DNA of 64,000 nucleotides from positions 96,001 through 160,000 of the forward strand of contig CBDHDF010000006.1 in NCBI GenBank assembly GCA_965261545.1. Direction: 5' to 3'. Made by a program: the position numbers and the translations under genes. This DNA comes from Bdellovibrionales bacterium. Its GTDB lineage: Bacteria; Bdellovibrionota; Bdellovibrionia; Bdellovibrionales; UBA1609. A model generated the notes under the pieces. It had not been told where the DNA came from and did not search any database. It saw nothing but the letters and a program-made list of their open reading frames with translations. Positions 43,945 through 54,192 of this stretch are shown here, in pieces (the first letter of the stretch is position 1; each line of letters opens with the position of its first letter).

Positions 43945-45042
43945 TTACGTCCACCGGCTGAAGAATCCCCTTTTTTTGCTTAAAATTTGTTCTCCACGAA
44001 CTTCGGCCACTTTTCTTAAAAGTTTCTCTTCTTCTGTTTTGAGCTTTTTAGGCACTTGAATTTCAGCCTCAAACATCAGGTTACCTCGGCTGGAGGATTG
44101 AAGGCTTGGCAGCCCCTCCCCCTGAATCCGAAGAACATCACCTGTGGCAGTTCCCTTGGGAACAGATACCTCCACAGGTCCTTCAAGCCCTTGGACCTCC
44201 ACAACTCCCCCCAAAAGAGCCTGAATATAACTGATTTTTAAAGTGCCTACGAGGTGAGTGCCCTGGCGTTCATAATGCAGGTGTTTTTGAAGTCGAATAA
44301 CAACGTAAAGGTCTCCGGTAGGGCCTCCTTGGCGTCCTTCCTCGCCCTCTCCAGAAAGGCGTAGTTGAGTTCCATTTTCAACTCCTGGAGGAACCTGAAC
44401 CTTCAGCCTTTTTTTGGACATTTTTCTTCCCTTGCCTGAGCAAGTGTTACAGGGATGAACAATGATTTGTCCTTTGCCACCGCAGCTGTGGCAGGGGGAG
44501 GCCATTTGAAAAAAACCTTGTTGGCGGACCACCTGCCCTTGGCCCCCACAAACTCTACATATCTCAGGTGAGGTCCCCTTGGCAGCTCCTCTTCCCTCAC
44601 AATCAGAGCAGTCTTTTTCATAATCATAGAAAATAGGCTTCTCAGCCCCCTTCAAGACATCTTGTATTTGAATATCTAGGAAGTAGCGAAGGTCAGAGCC
44701 GGCATGATCCGGTGAATGCCCTCTGGATGTGGAGGCTCCAAAGAAATCACTGAAAATATCACCAAAGCTTTCAAAGATATCGTTGACACCACGAAACCCT
44801 GGATTTCCATTCCTCACACCATGGACCCCTGCTTCACCGAACTGGTCGTACCGGCTTCTTTTTTCAGAGTTACTGAGGACTTCATAGGCCATGGCGGCTT
44901 CTTTAAACTTCTCCTCTGCCACTTTATCACCTGGGTTTTGGTCGGGGTGATACTTTAAGGCCATTTTTCGGTATGCCTTTTTAATGGATTCATCATCTGT
45001 ATTGCGGGAAACATCTAAAATCTTGTAGTAATCTTTAGCCAT
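43945..45042 (-). CDS. dnaJ: Chaperone DnaJ
   Basis: J domain with HPD, G/F region, four CxxCxGxG repeats. Confidence 0.96.
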   Translation of the reverse strand: MAKDYYKILDVSRNTDDESIKKAYRKMALKYHPDQNPGDKVAEEKFKEAAMAYEVLSNSEKRSRYDQFGEAGVHGVRNGNPGFRGVNDIFESFGDIFSDFFGASTSRGHSPDHAGSDLRYFLDIQIQDVLKGAEKPIFYDYEKDCSDCEGRGAAKGTSPEICRVCGGQGQVVRQQGFFQMASPCHSCGGKGQIIVHPCNTCSGKGRKMSKKRLKVQVPPGVENGTQLRLSGEGEEGRQGGPTGDLYVVIRLQKHLHYERQGTHLVGTLKISYIQALLGGVVEVQGLEGPVEVSVPKGTATGDVLRIQGEGLPSLQSSSRGNLMFEAEIQVPKKLKTEEEKLLRKVAEVRGEQILSKKRGFFSRWT

Positions 45043-45304
45043 GGATCAATTATGTGAACCAATGACGTTTTGTAAAGGTATTTGTCGTCATCACAGGGGC
45101 TATAATGCGACTCGTTACTACTCTTGTCTCCTTGCTTCAATTGACACACTGAGATTATAGCGAGTGTGCATGGGAGTCAAAACAAGTGAAATTTATACAT
45201 AAGCCAAGCTATTTCATTTAAAAGTTTCCCTTCACTTCGATAGGGATCATAATAGAGATATATAATGAGAACTCCCATGGCTCATGTCCTGGAAAGAGTC
45301 CAAG

Positions 45305-45405
45305 TTAAGGTCATTTGAGTCGATGACGAGGGCTATTTGAATACGAGGGTCATATGAGTCTTTGAATACAAGGCCATATGAATCTTTGAACATTAGGGTC
45401 ATACA
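45305..45405. repeat. Degenerate ~25-bp tandem repeat upstream of fliL
   Basis: GGGTCATATGAGTCTTTGAATAC-like unit, about 4 copies. Confidence 0.6.
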
Positions 45406-45407
45406 CG

Positions 45408-45881
45408 GTGGTTGAAAAAAAGCTCATAAGAATTTTTGAAGGGACATTTATATTCTTAAATATTGTCACCATTGGAGGGGGAATATGGGGTATTTACAAC
45501 TGGAGCTCCACGGCCTTTAATGAAAGCAACTACAAAAACAATACTTATCAGTCTAGCGGTTCTCCTGCTGGTGTCACGTCCTTTGTTATCCATAGCCTAG
45601 GTGTCTTGAGTACCAATTTGGATGAAAAGCCCCAAAGATTGATTCGTATTGAGGTCAATTTGGAAATTTCTAATGAAGCCACATTGAAGGAGATCAAAAC
45701 CCTCCGTGGTGTGGTTCAAGATTCTATTATACAAATTCTTAACGGAAAGTCCTTTCAAGATATTGAAACCATCCAGGGAAAACTAGCACTTAAAAATCAA
45801 ATCCTCATCCAAGTGAACCGCTTGCTTAAGCGGGGGGGGGCCGTGGAAAATATGTACTTTTCTCAGTTGATTGTCCAGTGA
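45408..45881 (+). CDS. fliL: Flagellar basal body-associated FliL family protein
   Basis: Single N-terminal TM; TNL, QDSIIQIL..KS..D..T.QGK..LK..I, V..MYFSQLIVQ. Confidence 0.8.
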   Translation: MVEKKLIRIFEGTFIFLNIVTIGGGIWGIYNWSSTAFNESNYKNNTYQSSGSPAGVTSFVIHSLGVLSTNLDEKPQRLIRIEVNLEISNEATLKEIKTLRGVVQDSIIQILNGKSFQDIETIQGKLALKNQILIQVNRLLKRGGAVENMYFSQLIVQ

Positions 45882-45936
45882 AGTCGTGCCACCAATGCCA
45901 CCATTTTATTTGTTTCATCTGCAAGATTCTCTCATC

Positions 45937-46452
45937 CTACTTTTTGCTTTTCATGACTCTCTTAATCATGAGGTCTTGGTGGTATTTTGTGTCCTCACCG
46001 TCGGGAATCCATTTATCTACTTTGTAAACCTTCCATTTGACCAAATTCTTATCTTTTTTATGGGGATATTTAAAATAACCCTTTCCCTCGGTAATGAGTT
46101 CAAACTTTGGAGGGTGCTTGAGTCTTATCACCTCTGAATTCAGCTTCTTAACCTCATGGTTTAAATCTCCTAACCTCTGATTCATTTGCTGAAGTTCTTC
46201 ATCGTCATTGTAGTAATAACCACCAATGATGGCAGCCACAGCAACAAAAAAAGAACTCCAAGCAAAAGCATGAAACTCAGGTTTCTCATTTCCAGGGGAT
46301 GATAAAGCGCCCACGGCAGCTCCCACAGGGGCCGCCGCCCCCATGGCCATCCATCTAGATTGGGAGCGAGTTGCACAAGAAAGATTCGACAAAGATAAAA
46401 TGAGGAACATCCCCCACCATGAGATTATTTTGATAAACTTCATAGAGTGCAT
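45937..46452 (-). CDS. Hypothetical lipoprotein
   Basis: Lipobox-like LSC, glycine-zipper-like TM pair, coiled coil; GGAGG RBS. Confidence 0.7.
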   Translation of the reverse strand: MHSMKFIKIISWWGMFLILSLSNLSCATRSQSRWMAMGAAAPVGAAVGALSSPGNEKPEFHAFAWSSFFVAVAAIIGGYYYNDDEELQQMNQRLGDLNHEVKKLNSEVIRLKHPPKFELITEGKGYFKYPHKKDKNLVKWKVYKVDKWIPDGEDTKYHQDLMIKRVMKSKK

Positions 46453-46472
46453 TCTAGAGTACCTCCGTAACC

Positions 46473-48911
46473 CTAAAGTTTATTGATCAAAACAGGGCGG
46501 GGCTTGCTTCCTTGAGCGCGACCAACAACACCTTCTTTTTCAAAAATCTCAATCATACGGGCGGCCCGTGGATAGCCCAATCTAAACTTTCTTTGCAGCA
46601 GTGAAGCGCTGATTTCTTTAAGGTTGGCGATCTCGGCCAGTATTTCATCATATCTTTCATCAAATTCATTTTCTTCTTCAGCGTCTTCTTCCCAGGGCTC
46701 GTTCGTATTCTCGCCATTTAAATCAAAGCCACCCCCTGAACCATTGAGTATTTTCATGGCCAATTCATCAAATTTTGGTTCTCCTTGGGCTCGCCAGTAA
46801 CTTGTAAGGCCATCAATTTCTGAATCACTTAGCCAGGGGCCATGGTGCCTGAGAGGCTTGGGAATTCCAGGTGCTACAAACAACATATCCCCACGGGTGA
46901 GCAATCTTTCGGCCCCACTTTCATCGAGAATAATCCTCGAATCCATTTTACTGGCGACTTTAAAACTAATGCGGCCGGGAATATTGGTTTTGATAAGACC
47001 TGTGACAACATCCCTGCGAGGGCTTTGCATGGCCAATACAAGGTGGATTCCACAAGCACGAGCCATTTGTGCGAGTCTGACCACGGCTTGTTCCACATTG
47101 GATTTGTCCACCGCCATCAAGTCACCAAACTCTTCAACGACCACAATGATATAAGGTTGGACCGTGTAGTAGTAAGTTTGCCCCTTCTTTGTGGTTTCAC
47201 ATGTCTCGTTGTACTCTTCGTGTTCAGCAATCTCCTCACTGCTTAGGTCTTCGATTTTCTCATTAAAAGATTCAAGTCCCCTGGATCCAAATTTGGACAT
47301 AGATCGGTAGCGTTTATCCATCTCCTTAATGGCCCACTTAAGAGCACTCACAGCTTTTTTAGCGTCGCGAATAGGGGGCATCAACAGGTGAGGTATGCCA
47401 TTAAAAGCCGCTAAATCAACTTGCTTAGGATCCACGAGAATCATTCTCAAAGTTTGTGGTGAGTGTTTAAATAAGAGTCCTGATAACATGGAAACTGTAA
47501 ATACAGATTTTCCTGAACCTGTAGAGCCCGCCACCAACAAGTGGGGCATTTTTCTTAAATCGACAACTTTGGCTCTTCCATTAACTTCGCTACCAAGGGC
47601 AATGGGCAGTTTCATTTGCTCAGACCAAAAGGTATCACTTAATAAAATATTTTTCAGATAAACAGTTTCTCGGATTTTATTTGACGTTTCAACCCCCACA
47701 ACGCCTCGCCCTGGTATGGGAGCAATAATTCGTACGGACTCACTGCTTAGCGCTAAAGATAAGTCATCAGCAAGGTCCGTAATTTTACTGATTTTCACAT
47801 CCACATTTGGTTTAAATTCAAACATAGTGACTGCGGGGCCGGGAAGAATTTCTTCAATTTTTCCTCGTACGGAAAATTGCTCAAGCTTATTTAATAAAAG
47901 ATGGGCTTTGTCTTGTATTTCTTTCTCGCTCACCTTTTCACGAATGATGGGAGGGTCTTCCAGTAACGAGAGATTGGGTAATTCCCAGTTTGTAATGCTT
48001 TCTTGGCCTCTATGTCTTCCTATGGATTTGATCCAAAAATTTCTTTGGGATGTGTCTTTCTCAAGGGAAGTATTTTTTAAACTCTTTTCTGACCCACTTG
48101 CCCCCCCACCCATATGAAAAAGCTTTAATTCTCGGTTTTTTTTCTTATCCCCTATTAAAAAGTTTGTCGCGAAACCCTTGGGATTTGATGGGGAGGCCAC
48201 AGGGAAAGAAGAGAGTTTTTTCTCTTCCGACATTGAGTTCCAAGAGCCTACCAAAATTTTCTCTGGAAAAGTCAAAAATTTTTCCCAAAGCCACTGCACG
48301 CCATCTTTGATCTCTGTCCCCAAGGAACTTGCTTTGCGAATGAAGAGGCTTGATATAAAATGGGCCCATAGGCAGCAAAAGATCCGGTGTGGACCATGCA
48401 GGATATCCATCACTGATCTTTTTGTCAAAAAGACCACAAACAATAAAGATAAAGTCCAAAGTACAATAGAGGCACCTATGGGGTTAAAAAGGTGGATCAT
48501 ATAACTTGTCACAAGTTCACCCACAACCCCCCCTAAACTCATTTGCCCCTCAAAGAGCTTAAACTCAGGCCAGTAAAGCACTCCTAAAAAAGAAGCCATA
48601 AGGATCAAAGAAATAAGCCATATCCCATTGATATATTGAGTTTCGGTTTTTCCTCTTATGAAGCTCGCTCCGATGAGAATCGTTCCTAAAATCAAGGCCC
48701 AAGCTCCCAGTCCAAAGAACTGACAAAGGAGGTCGGCTGCAAATGAACCTATGTATCCACAATAATTCTGAACATTTAGACCTCTTCCTGTGGAATTAAA
48801 GGAGGGATCTGAAGGGTAGTAACTCACAAAGGCGAGGGTCATAAAGATTCCCATGGACAACCAAGTCAGTCCGATGATATCTTTGCGAAACTGAAAAAAT
48901 AACTGTTTCAT
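46473..48911 (-). CDS. ftsK: DNA translocase FtsK
   Basis: 4TM N-terminus, MPHLLVAGSTGSGKS, RLAQMARACGIHL, gamma domain SASLLQRKFRLGYPRAAR. Confidence 0.96.
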   Translation of the reverse strand: MKQLFFQFRKDIIGLTWLSMGIFMTLAFVSYYPSDPSFNSTGRGLNVQNYCGYIGSFAADLLCQFFGLGAWALILGTILIGASFIRGKTETQYINGIWLISLILMASFLGVLYWPEFKLFEGQMSLGGVVGELVTSYMIHLFNPIGASIVLWTLSLLFVVFLTKRSVMDILHGPHRIFCCLWAHFISSLFIRKASSLGTEIKDGVQWLWEKFLTFPEKILVGSWNSMSEEKKLSSFPVASPSNPKGFATNFLIGDKKKNRELKLFHMGGGASGSEKSLKNTSLEKDTSQRNFWIKSIGRHRGQESITNWELPNLSLLEDPPIIREKVSEKEIQDKAHLLLNKLEQFSVRGKIEEILPGPAVTMFEFKPNVDVKISKITDLADDLSLALSSESVRIIAPIPGRGVVGVETSNKIRETVYLKNILLSDTFWSEQMKLPIALGSEVNGRAKVVDLRKMPHLLVAGSTGSGKSVFTVSMLSGLLFKHSPQTLRMILVDPKQVDLAAFNGIPHLLMPPIRDAKKAVSALKWAIKEMDKRYRSMSKFGSRGLESFNEKIEDLSSEEIAEHEEYNETCETTKKGQTYYYTVQPYIIVVVEEFGDLMAVDKSNVEQAVVRLAQMARACGIHLVLAMQSPRRDVVTGLIKTNIPGRISFKVASKMDSRIILDESGAERLLTRGDMLFVAPGIPKPLRHHGPWLSDSEIDGLTSYWRAQGEPKFDELAMKILNGSGGGFDLNGENTNEPWEEDAEEENEFDERYDEILAEIANLKEISASLLQRKFRLGYPRAARMIEIFEKEGVVGRAQGSKPRPVLINKL

Positions 48912-49028
48912 TACAATAGTTTATGTAAATTCCTCTCCAGAGAGTAGGCTATAAAAGTCCAGTTTTCCAGAAGAGCCTCTCCAACTCCTCGGTGGGTGGA
49001 AGTGTTATGGAAATGTTAAAAATAGTGG

Positions 49029-49685
49029 ATGGAAATGCTAAAAATTAATGAAATTTTTTTTAGTATTCAAGGTGAGTCAAGCTGGGCAGGTGTTCCCACT
49101 GTCTTTGTTCGAACATCGGGTTGCCACCTGCGCTGCCATTATTGCGATACAACATACGCCTACTATGACGGCAAGAAAATGACAGTGGTTGAGATTATTC
49201 AACACATCAAAACATATTCTACGGATTACATTTGTGTGACTGGCGGGGAGCCCCTGCTTCAAAAAAAGAGCCTCACCTTAATGCGTCAACTTTGTGATGA
49301 GGGTTTTCATGTCTCTCTGGAAACCAGTGGGGACCTCAGCTGCATTCATGTTGACCCTAGGGTCAAAAAGATCATCGACATAAAAACTCCCCACAGTGGC
49401 GCTGCTGGACGTTTTCACAATGATAATTTACCACTTCCTCAGGGGCAAAGTGATTCCAACACAGAGTTTAAGTTTGTTATATGCACGGAAGATGATTTTG
49501 TGTGGAGCGAAAAATTTTGCCAAAAGCACAATCTTTTTGATTATAATATTATTTTATATAGTCCATCATTTGAAAGCATCCATGAAAGTTGGCTCGCTGA
49601 ACAAATCCTTAGTAAAAAATCAAAAGCACGGTTGCAATTACAATTACATAAGTATATTTGGTCTAAGGAGCAGCGTGGAGTTTAG
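49029..49685 (+). CDS. queE: 7-carboxy-7-deazaguanine synthase (radical SAM)
   Basis: EIFFSIQGE, CHLRCHYCDT, TGGEPL, LQLHK. Confidence 0.9.
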   Translation: MEMLKINEIFFSIQGESSWAGVPTVFVRTSGCHLRCHYCDTTYAYYDGKKMTVVEIIQHIKTYSTDYICVTGGEPLLQKKSLTLMRQLCDEGFHVSLETSGDLSCIHVDPRVKKIIDIKTPHSGAAGRFHNDNLPLPQGQSDSNTEFKFVICTEDDFVWSEKFCQKHNLFDYNIILYSPSFESIHESWLAEQILSKKSKARLQLQLHKYIWSKEQRGV

Positions 49686-49760
49686 AAACACTGTGACTGC
49701 TGCCATCTCTTGCTTTGCAACAAAGCCAAGTTGAGACATAAGAATAAAGAGGAGGGGGAA

Positions 49761-50078
49761 GTGCACAGTGCAGATTTTAGCCAATCAGACCACCTTATGG
49801 TTGCAAATTTAAGATTAGTGAGTTTAGAGAAATTAGTTCAAAGCAAGCTGAAGGTTTTTTTCCGTCAACAGAGGGAAGCCCAGGTTGAATTGAGTGATTT
49901 GTACAATATTATTATTGAGCAGGTTGAAAAGCCTCTCATAGAGCTTTCCTTAGAAGCCCAAAGTGGAAACCAAGTTAAAACCGCAAAAATGCTCGGTATG
50001 AATCGAAATACATTAAAAAAGAAAATAGATACCCATAAAATTAAAATTAATAATAACAACAAAAATAAGAAGAAATGA
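49761..50078 (+). CDS. fis: Fis family DNA-binding protein
   Basis: LY..IIEQVEKPLI, GNQVKTAKMLGMNRNTLKKK; GGAGG RBS before GTG 49761. Confidence 0.82.
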   Translation: MHSADFSQSDHLMVANLRLVSLEKLVQSKLKVFFRQQREAQVELSDLYNIIIEQVEKPLIELSLEAQSGNQVKTAKMLGMNRNTLKKKIDTHKIKINNNNKNKKK

Positions 50079-50118
50079 GAAGAGATAAAAAGATTTTATA
50101 GAGTCATTGTAGAAAAAA

Positions 50119-51618
50119 ATGAATCGTATACCACCACAAAATTTAGCTGCAGAAAAATCTATCCTTGGGGGCTTGATGCTTGCGCCTGAGGCATGGGATG
50201 AAATATCCGACCTTCTTGAAGCTGAGGACTTCTATAGTCCTGCACATAAGTTGATTTATGCTTCTATTTCAATCCTTGGTCAGAAGGGGCAGCCCAGTGA
50301 TCTTATCACTATTTCCAACCATCTTGTGGAGCAAAAGAAACTTGATTCCGTTGGAGGCCCAAGCTACCTAGCAGAAATTTTGGATGAAACACCATCAACG
50401 GTGAATATTCTTGCCTACGCTAAGATTGTGAGAGAAAAATCTCTCTTGCGTCGAGTTATTCACGCCGGTCAGGGCTTTGTGGAAAAAGCTTTTTCCCAAG
50501 ACTTTGAAAGTTTGGATGGCTTTTTAGATGAGTGCGAATCAAAAATATTTGCTGTGGCAGAGCAACAGTCCACAGGGGTTCTGACACCATCTAGTGAAAT
50601 TATCAAAAAAAGTATCGAGAAATTAGAAGCCCTCTATGCTCTCAAGGGCGACCTGACAGGCATTCCATCTGGCTTCTTAGAGCTCGACCAAATGTCTGCA
50701 GGATTTCAAGCAGGTGAACTTGTCATTGTCGCAGCTAGACCCTCCATGGGAAAGACCGCATTTAGCCTCAATATTCTCCTCCATACAGCCCTAAAAGCTA
50801 AGAAGAAAATTGCTTACTTTTCTGTGGAGATGTCCAAGGAGGCGGTAATGACGCGTCTTCTAGGCAATGAGGCTCAAATACCGCTCTCCCATATGAGGAC
50901 AGGGCAAATCAGAGATTATGATTGGCCTCGACTCATCAATGCCGCCGCCACCATCAGTGAGGGTTCTATTTTCATCGATGATAGTGCGGATCTCAGCCCT
51001 TTTGATGTTCGAGCCAAAGCTCGGCGGATGAAATCCAAACATGGGTTGGACATGATTATCATCGACTACCTTCAACTCATGGCCCTTAAAACAAAGGTAG
51101 AAAGCCGTGAGCGAGAGGTCTCGGAAATTTCGAGAACCCTTAAGGCCATTTCTAAAGAGCTACAGATTCCCGTCATAGCATTGGCCCAGTTGAATCGCGG
51201 TGTAGAGGGGCGCTCCAATAGGCGTCCCATGCTATCTGATCTCCGTGAGTCTGGCTCCATTGAGCAAGATGCCGATGTGATTATGATGCTCTATCGGGAA
51301 GACTACTACGATCGGGATAATCCAGAAATTCAGGGGATGGCAGAAGTCATTATTGGAAAGCAGCGAAATGGCCCCACCGGCACTGTCAAGCTACAGTGGG
51401 TTCCCGAACTGGGACTTTTTCTCAATAATATAGAAAATCAAGCTCCTCTTCCTGATGTGTCCCCGCCTAATAATGTACCACCTCCGCTTTCGGAGCCACT
51501 GAATGGTGGCCCTCCTTCTCCTGCTGATATACCCCCATCTTCAGGAAATCGTAAATCTCTTAAAAATTTTGCTCTTCCCGCTGGAGCCGAGCGCCCGTCC
51601 GTTGGTCCTGAAACTTGA
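50119..51618 (+). CDS. dnaB: Replicative DNA helicase
   Basis: PPQNLAAEKSILG, AARPSMGKT, IDYLQLM, SDLRESGSIEQDAD; Pro-rich C-terminal tail. Confidence 0.97.
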   Translation: MNRIPPQNLAAEKSILGGLMLAPEAWDEISDLLEAEDFYSPAHKLIYASISILGQKGQPSDLITISNHLVEQKKLDSVGGPSYLAEILDETPSTVNILAYAKIVREKSLLRRVIHAGQGFVEKAFSQDFESLDGFLDECESKIFAVAEQQSTGVLTPSSEIIKKSIEKLEALYALKGDLTGIPSGFLELDQMSAGFQAGELVIVAARPSMGKTAFSLNILLHTALKAKKKIAYFSVEMSKEAVMTRLLGNEAQIPLSHMRTGQIRDYDWPRLINAAATISEGSIFIDDSADLSPFDVRAKARRMKSKHGLDMIIIDYLQLMALKTKVESREREVSEISRTLKAISKELQIPVIALAQLNRGVEGRSNRRPMLSDLRESGSIEQDADVIMMLYREDYYDRDNPEIQGMAEVIIGKQRNGPTGTVKLQWVPELGLFLNNIENQAPLPDVSPPNNVPPPLSEPLNGGPPSPADIPPSSGNRKSLKNFALPAGAERPSVGPET

Positions 51619-51696
51619 ATATCCTTATTTACATTACCAAAAGCTGTGATTTAATAGAGCTGAGTCATATTTGTATATCCATGGAGGGAGAACAAA

Positions 51697-51930
51697 ATGG
51701 AATCAGCATCAGAAGATTTACTAGAGTCACTGGTGAATGGAACGGGGCTTCCGCCAGAGCCCATAAAAAGGGAGTTAAACCAACTGATTGACAGGCTTGG
51801 GATGAAAAAAGATGAGCTTAGTCTAGAACAGATTCGCCAACTCGTCACACTATACTTGAAAGATGTTATGCTTCGAGTCCCCTCATCACATCTTGAGCCT
51901 GCATTTACGCCTCAAGAGAGGCTGAATTAG
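51697..51930 (+). CDS. Small hypothetical protein
   Basis: GGAG RBS; helical 77-aa ORF. Confidence 0.65.
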   Translation: MESASEDLLESLVNGTGLPPEPIKRELNQLIDRLGMKKDELSLEQIRQLVTLYLKDVMLRVPSSHLEPAFTPQERLN

Positions 51931-52367
51931 GTGGCTTTTTCCACAGACACGGTGACCTTCGCTTCCAACTCTCCCACTTTGATGAGGGCTTGAAATTCAC
52001 CTAGCATTTTTAAAGGTTCCACATGGATGTCCTTTTTGTCGATTTCGTGCCCCTGTTGAGCGAGTTTCTTAGAAATATCTTGAGTTGTCACCGATCCAAA
52101 TAGAGTCCCTGTATCACTGGCTTGGGCTTGAAAGGAAAGTCTGGTGCCATCTACTTTTTCAAGCACAGTTTGCCTTTCTTGGTGAGCCTTTTTCTTTTGA
52201 ATCTCAGCTATTTTCTGTAAGTGAGTCCATTCTTTCATGCGTTTTTCTGTGGCCTCAACGGCAAGTTTTCGTGGAAACAGCAAATTTCTTGCAAAACCAG
52301 GGGTGACACTGACAACTTCACCCACTTTTCCCAAATCTATAACATCTTTTTTTAAAATAACTTTCAT
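51927..52367 (-). CDS. rplI: 50S ribosomal protein L9
   Basis: MKVILKKDV..LGKVG, GFARNLLFP, LFGSVT. Confidence 0.96.
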   Translation of the reverse strand: MKVILKKDVIDLGKVGEVVSVTPGFARNLLFPRKLAVEATEKRMKEWTHLQKIAEIQKKKAHQERQTVLEKVDGTRLSFQAQASDTGTLFGSVTTQDISKKLAQQGHEIDKKDIHVEPLKMLGEFQALIKVGELEAKVTVSVEKAT

Positions 52368-53263
52368 GGTCCTCTCCGTTTGTCGATTTGAATAAATCTT
52401 TTTATAAAATCTCCTCTAAAGTGAATCCAATAATCAAGCACCCCAATAAGGCTCAGTAAAAAAGGGAGGTAGAGAATCAATAGGAGGGTGATAGTCACTC
52501 TCCAGAAGATTGAGAGGCGAAACACATGAAAATATTTCAAGATAACAGCTAAGCCTTGAAAAAAATAGGCCAGTGTTGAAACATACAAGACATTTACTGA
52601 AATTTTCCATACCAAAGGAGCATTTTCCTTCATGAAGGATCCCAACAAGGAGAAAATAAAGAACCAGATGACAAACTCTGGAACTTGAAAGCCAATGAGA
52701 GATCTTCTAAATGGGATCCTTACATGCATCCAGTTGGACACTTTTTTTTCAAAAAGAAGAGATACCACCAAAGATAAAATCGATAAGAAAATAACCATGG
52801 ATGGGACATAGATTAAAATATCCGTCTGATTTAACATCTTCAAAGTTTCTTGGGGCCACTGGACCTGTTGAATCCCCTTATCCAAATAAATCTGGACTTT
52901 GTCCACAAAGGAAAAGCCAGAGTAGAGGGCCCATAACCAAGTGCTAAGAAAAGACAAGCTCAAACAAGAGCCAACAGCAAAAGTTATGGCAGTGAAATAA
53001 GTGTGGCCATAGAGCAAAGCTTCATTGTTGAGTCCTACCATAAGACTGAGAATGGCAAAAACAAAACCAAGTTCAACAAAGCCCAGTTGAATAATAACGA
53101 GAGCGGTAAGCATGTAGCATAAATAATACAGCCCCCCCCCAAGTGTCTGCCGAGAAATATGCATGGGCACAGCTCCCAATACAATGGTGATAGCACCTGC
53201 TGTTAGAAGTACAGACCAAAGAATGCAAAGAAACTCTTTAATCAGTTTTGTCACTTTTATCAC
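52364..53263 (-). CDS. DUF2232/YybS family membrane protein
   Basis: Polytopic membrane protein; YFFQGLAV, IGVLDYWIHFR; lies directly upstream of rplI. Confidence 0.8.
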   Translation of the reverse strand: MIKVTKLIKEFLCILWSVLLTAGAITIVLGAVPMHISRQTLGGGLYYLCYMLTALVIIQLGFVELGFVFAILSLMVGLNNEALLYGHTYFTAITFAVGSCLSLSFLSTWLWALYSGFSFVDKVQIYLDKGIQQVQWPQETLKMLNQTDILIYVPSMVIFLSILSLVVSLLFEKKVSNWMHVRIPFRRSLIGFQVPEFVIWFFIFSLLGSFMKENAPLVWKISVNVLYVSTLAYFFQGLAVILKYFHVFRLSIFWRVTITLLLILYLPFLLSLIGVLDYWIHFRGDFIKRFIQIDKRRGP

Positions 53264-54035
53264 TCATGGCTTGGCCACTCTGGCCACCGGCATCGTTATC
53301 CTTTGAATCACTCACGGCTTTATCGCTTTGGTCACCCCCAGTTTTGTCAGGGGAGCCGGGGATATGATCTCTAGTTTTGGCTTTGTGAACAAGACCTTTG
53401 TCCACGGTGGACCTATCATTGGAGTCTCTTCTTGGCTTATCATCGGAAGTTCTTCTTGGCCTATCATCGGAAGTTCTGCTTGGCTTATCATCGGAAGTTC
53501 TGCTTGGCTTATCATCGGAAGTTCTTCTTGGCCTATCATCGGAATCTCTTCTTGGATTATCAGCGGCTCCCTTTTGGTGAAAAGATCCTCGGTCTCGGCG
53601 AAAGGGCTTTGATCCTTTGGCTTGATTCTTGCGAGCCTGAGCCTTAGCCTCTCTCTCTTGATCTCGAATTCGGGAGGTCTCAATAACTTCTCTATATTTC
53701 TCTAAGTGCTCCCCGACGCTTTTTCGAGTATCCAATCGTTGGTGAAAAAAGCGCAATACCTGATCGCTGATACGCATCGTTCTTTCCAGCTCTTGTATGC
53801 ACTCTGCCTTTGCAGTAAAGGTGCAGTGAAAATAAATACCCATTTTCACCTTATCAATGGGGTTGCCAAGTCGGCGTTTTCCCCAAGTATCAATGTGGTT
53901 GATTTCACCTAAGAACTTCTGGATGATTTCTTTGTTTTTTCTAAATAAATTCCTTTGGCCGTCCTCACTGGTGTCAGGGTGCATAATAACAACTGACTCA
54001 TAATTGCGAACGGGTCTTTCAACATTAAGTTCCAT
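53238..54035 (-). CDS. rpsF: 30S ribosomal protein S6 with long repetitive C-terminal extension
   Basis: RNYESVVIMHP, WGKRRL, ELERTMRISDQVLRF; AAAGGA RBS before ATG 54035. Confidence 0.92.
   Translation of the reverse strand: MELNVERPVRNYESVVIMHPDTSEDGQRNLFRKNKEIIQKFLGEINHIDTWGKRRLGNPIDKVKMGIYFHCTFTAKAECIQELERTMRISDQVLRFFHQRLDTRKSVGEHLEKYREVIETSRIRDQEREAKAQARKNQAKGSKPFRRDRGSFHQKGAADNPRRDSDDRPRRTSDDKPSRTSDDKPSRTSDDRPRRTSDDKPRRDSNDRSTVDKGLVHKAKTRDHIPGSPDKTGGDQSDKAVSDSKDNDAGGQSGQAMSDKSDKTD
53413..53564. repeat. 24-bp tandem repeat x6 within rpsF
   Basis: Unit (C/T)TATCATCGGAAGTTCT(T/G)CTTGGC, encoding PRRTSDD(K/R)-like octapeptides. Confidence 0.95.
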
Positions 54036-54106
54036 ATGATTCCTTTCGGTTTTTAGCCCCCTATGGCCTGGCTCATACATGGCCTACCTACACAAGGAGC
54101 AAGGAT
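54036..54106 (-). promoter_or_regulatory. Putative S6:S18-type ribosomal leader
   Basis: 5' UCCUU can pair with the AAGGA of the RBS, with CCG just before the RBS strand. Confidence 0.4.
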
Positions 54107-54192
54107 GTTAACTTCCTGATCTAACATGCCGCGCCCCTAGGCTCAAGCCCTAGGAACCGTCTTTTTTATCTTTTTCAATTCTTATCTAAAAT

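Noticed and set aside
45141..45172. CIRCE element upstream of dnaJ
   Set aside because: CACACT-N11-AGTGTG palindrome matches TTAGCACTC-N9-GAGTGCTAA poorly
49029..49685. 7-deazaguanine DNA modification (dpd) system
   Set aside because: Lone queE among core genes; no dpdA or other pathway genes in the window
53413..53564. Possible CRISPR array
   Set aside because: Head-to-tail 24-bp coding repeat inside rpsF, with no spacers
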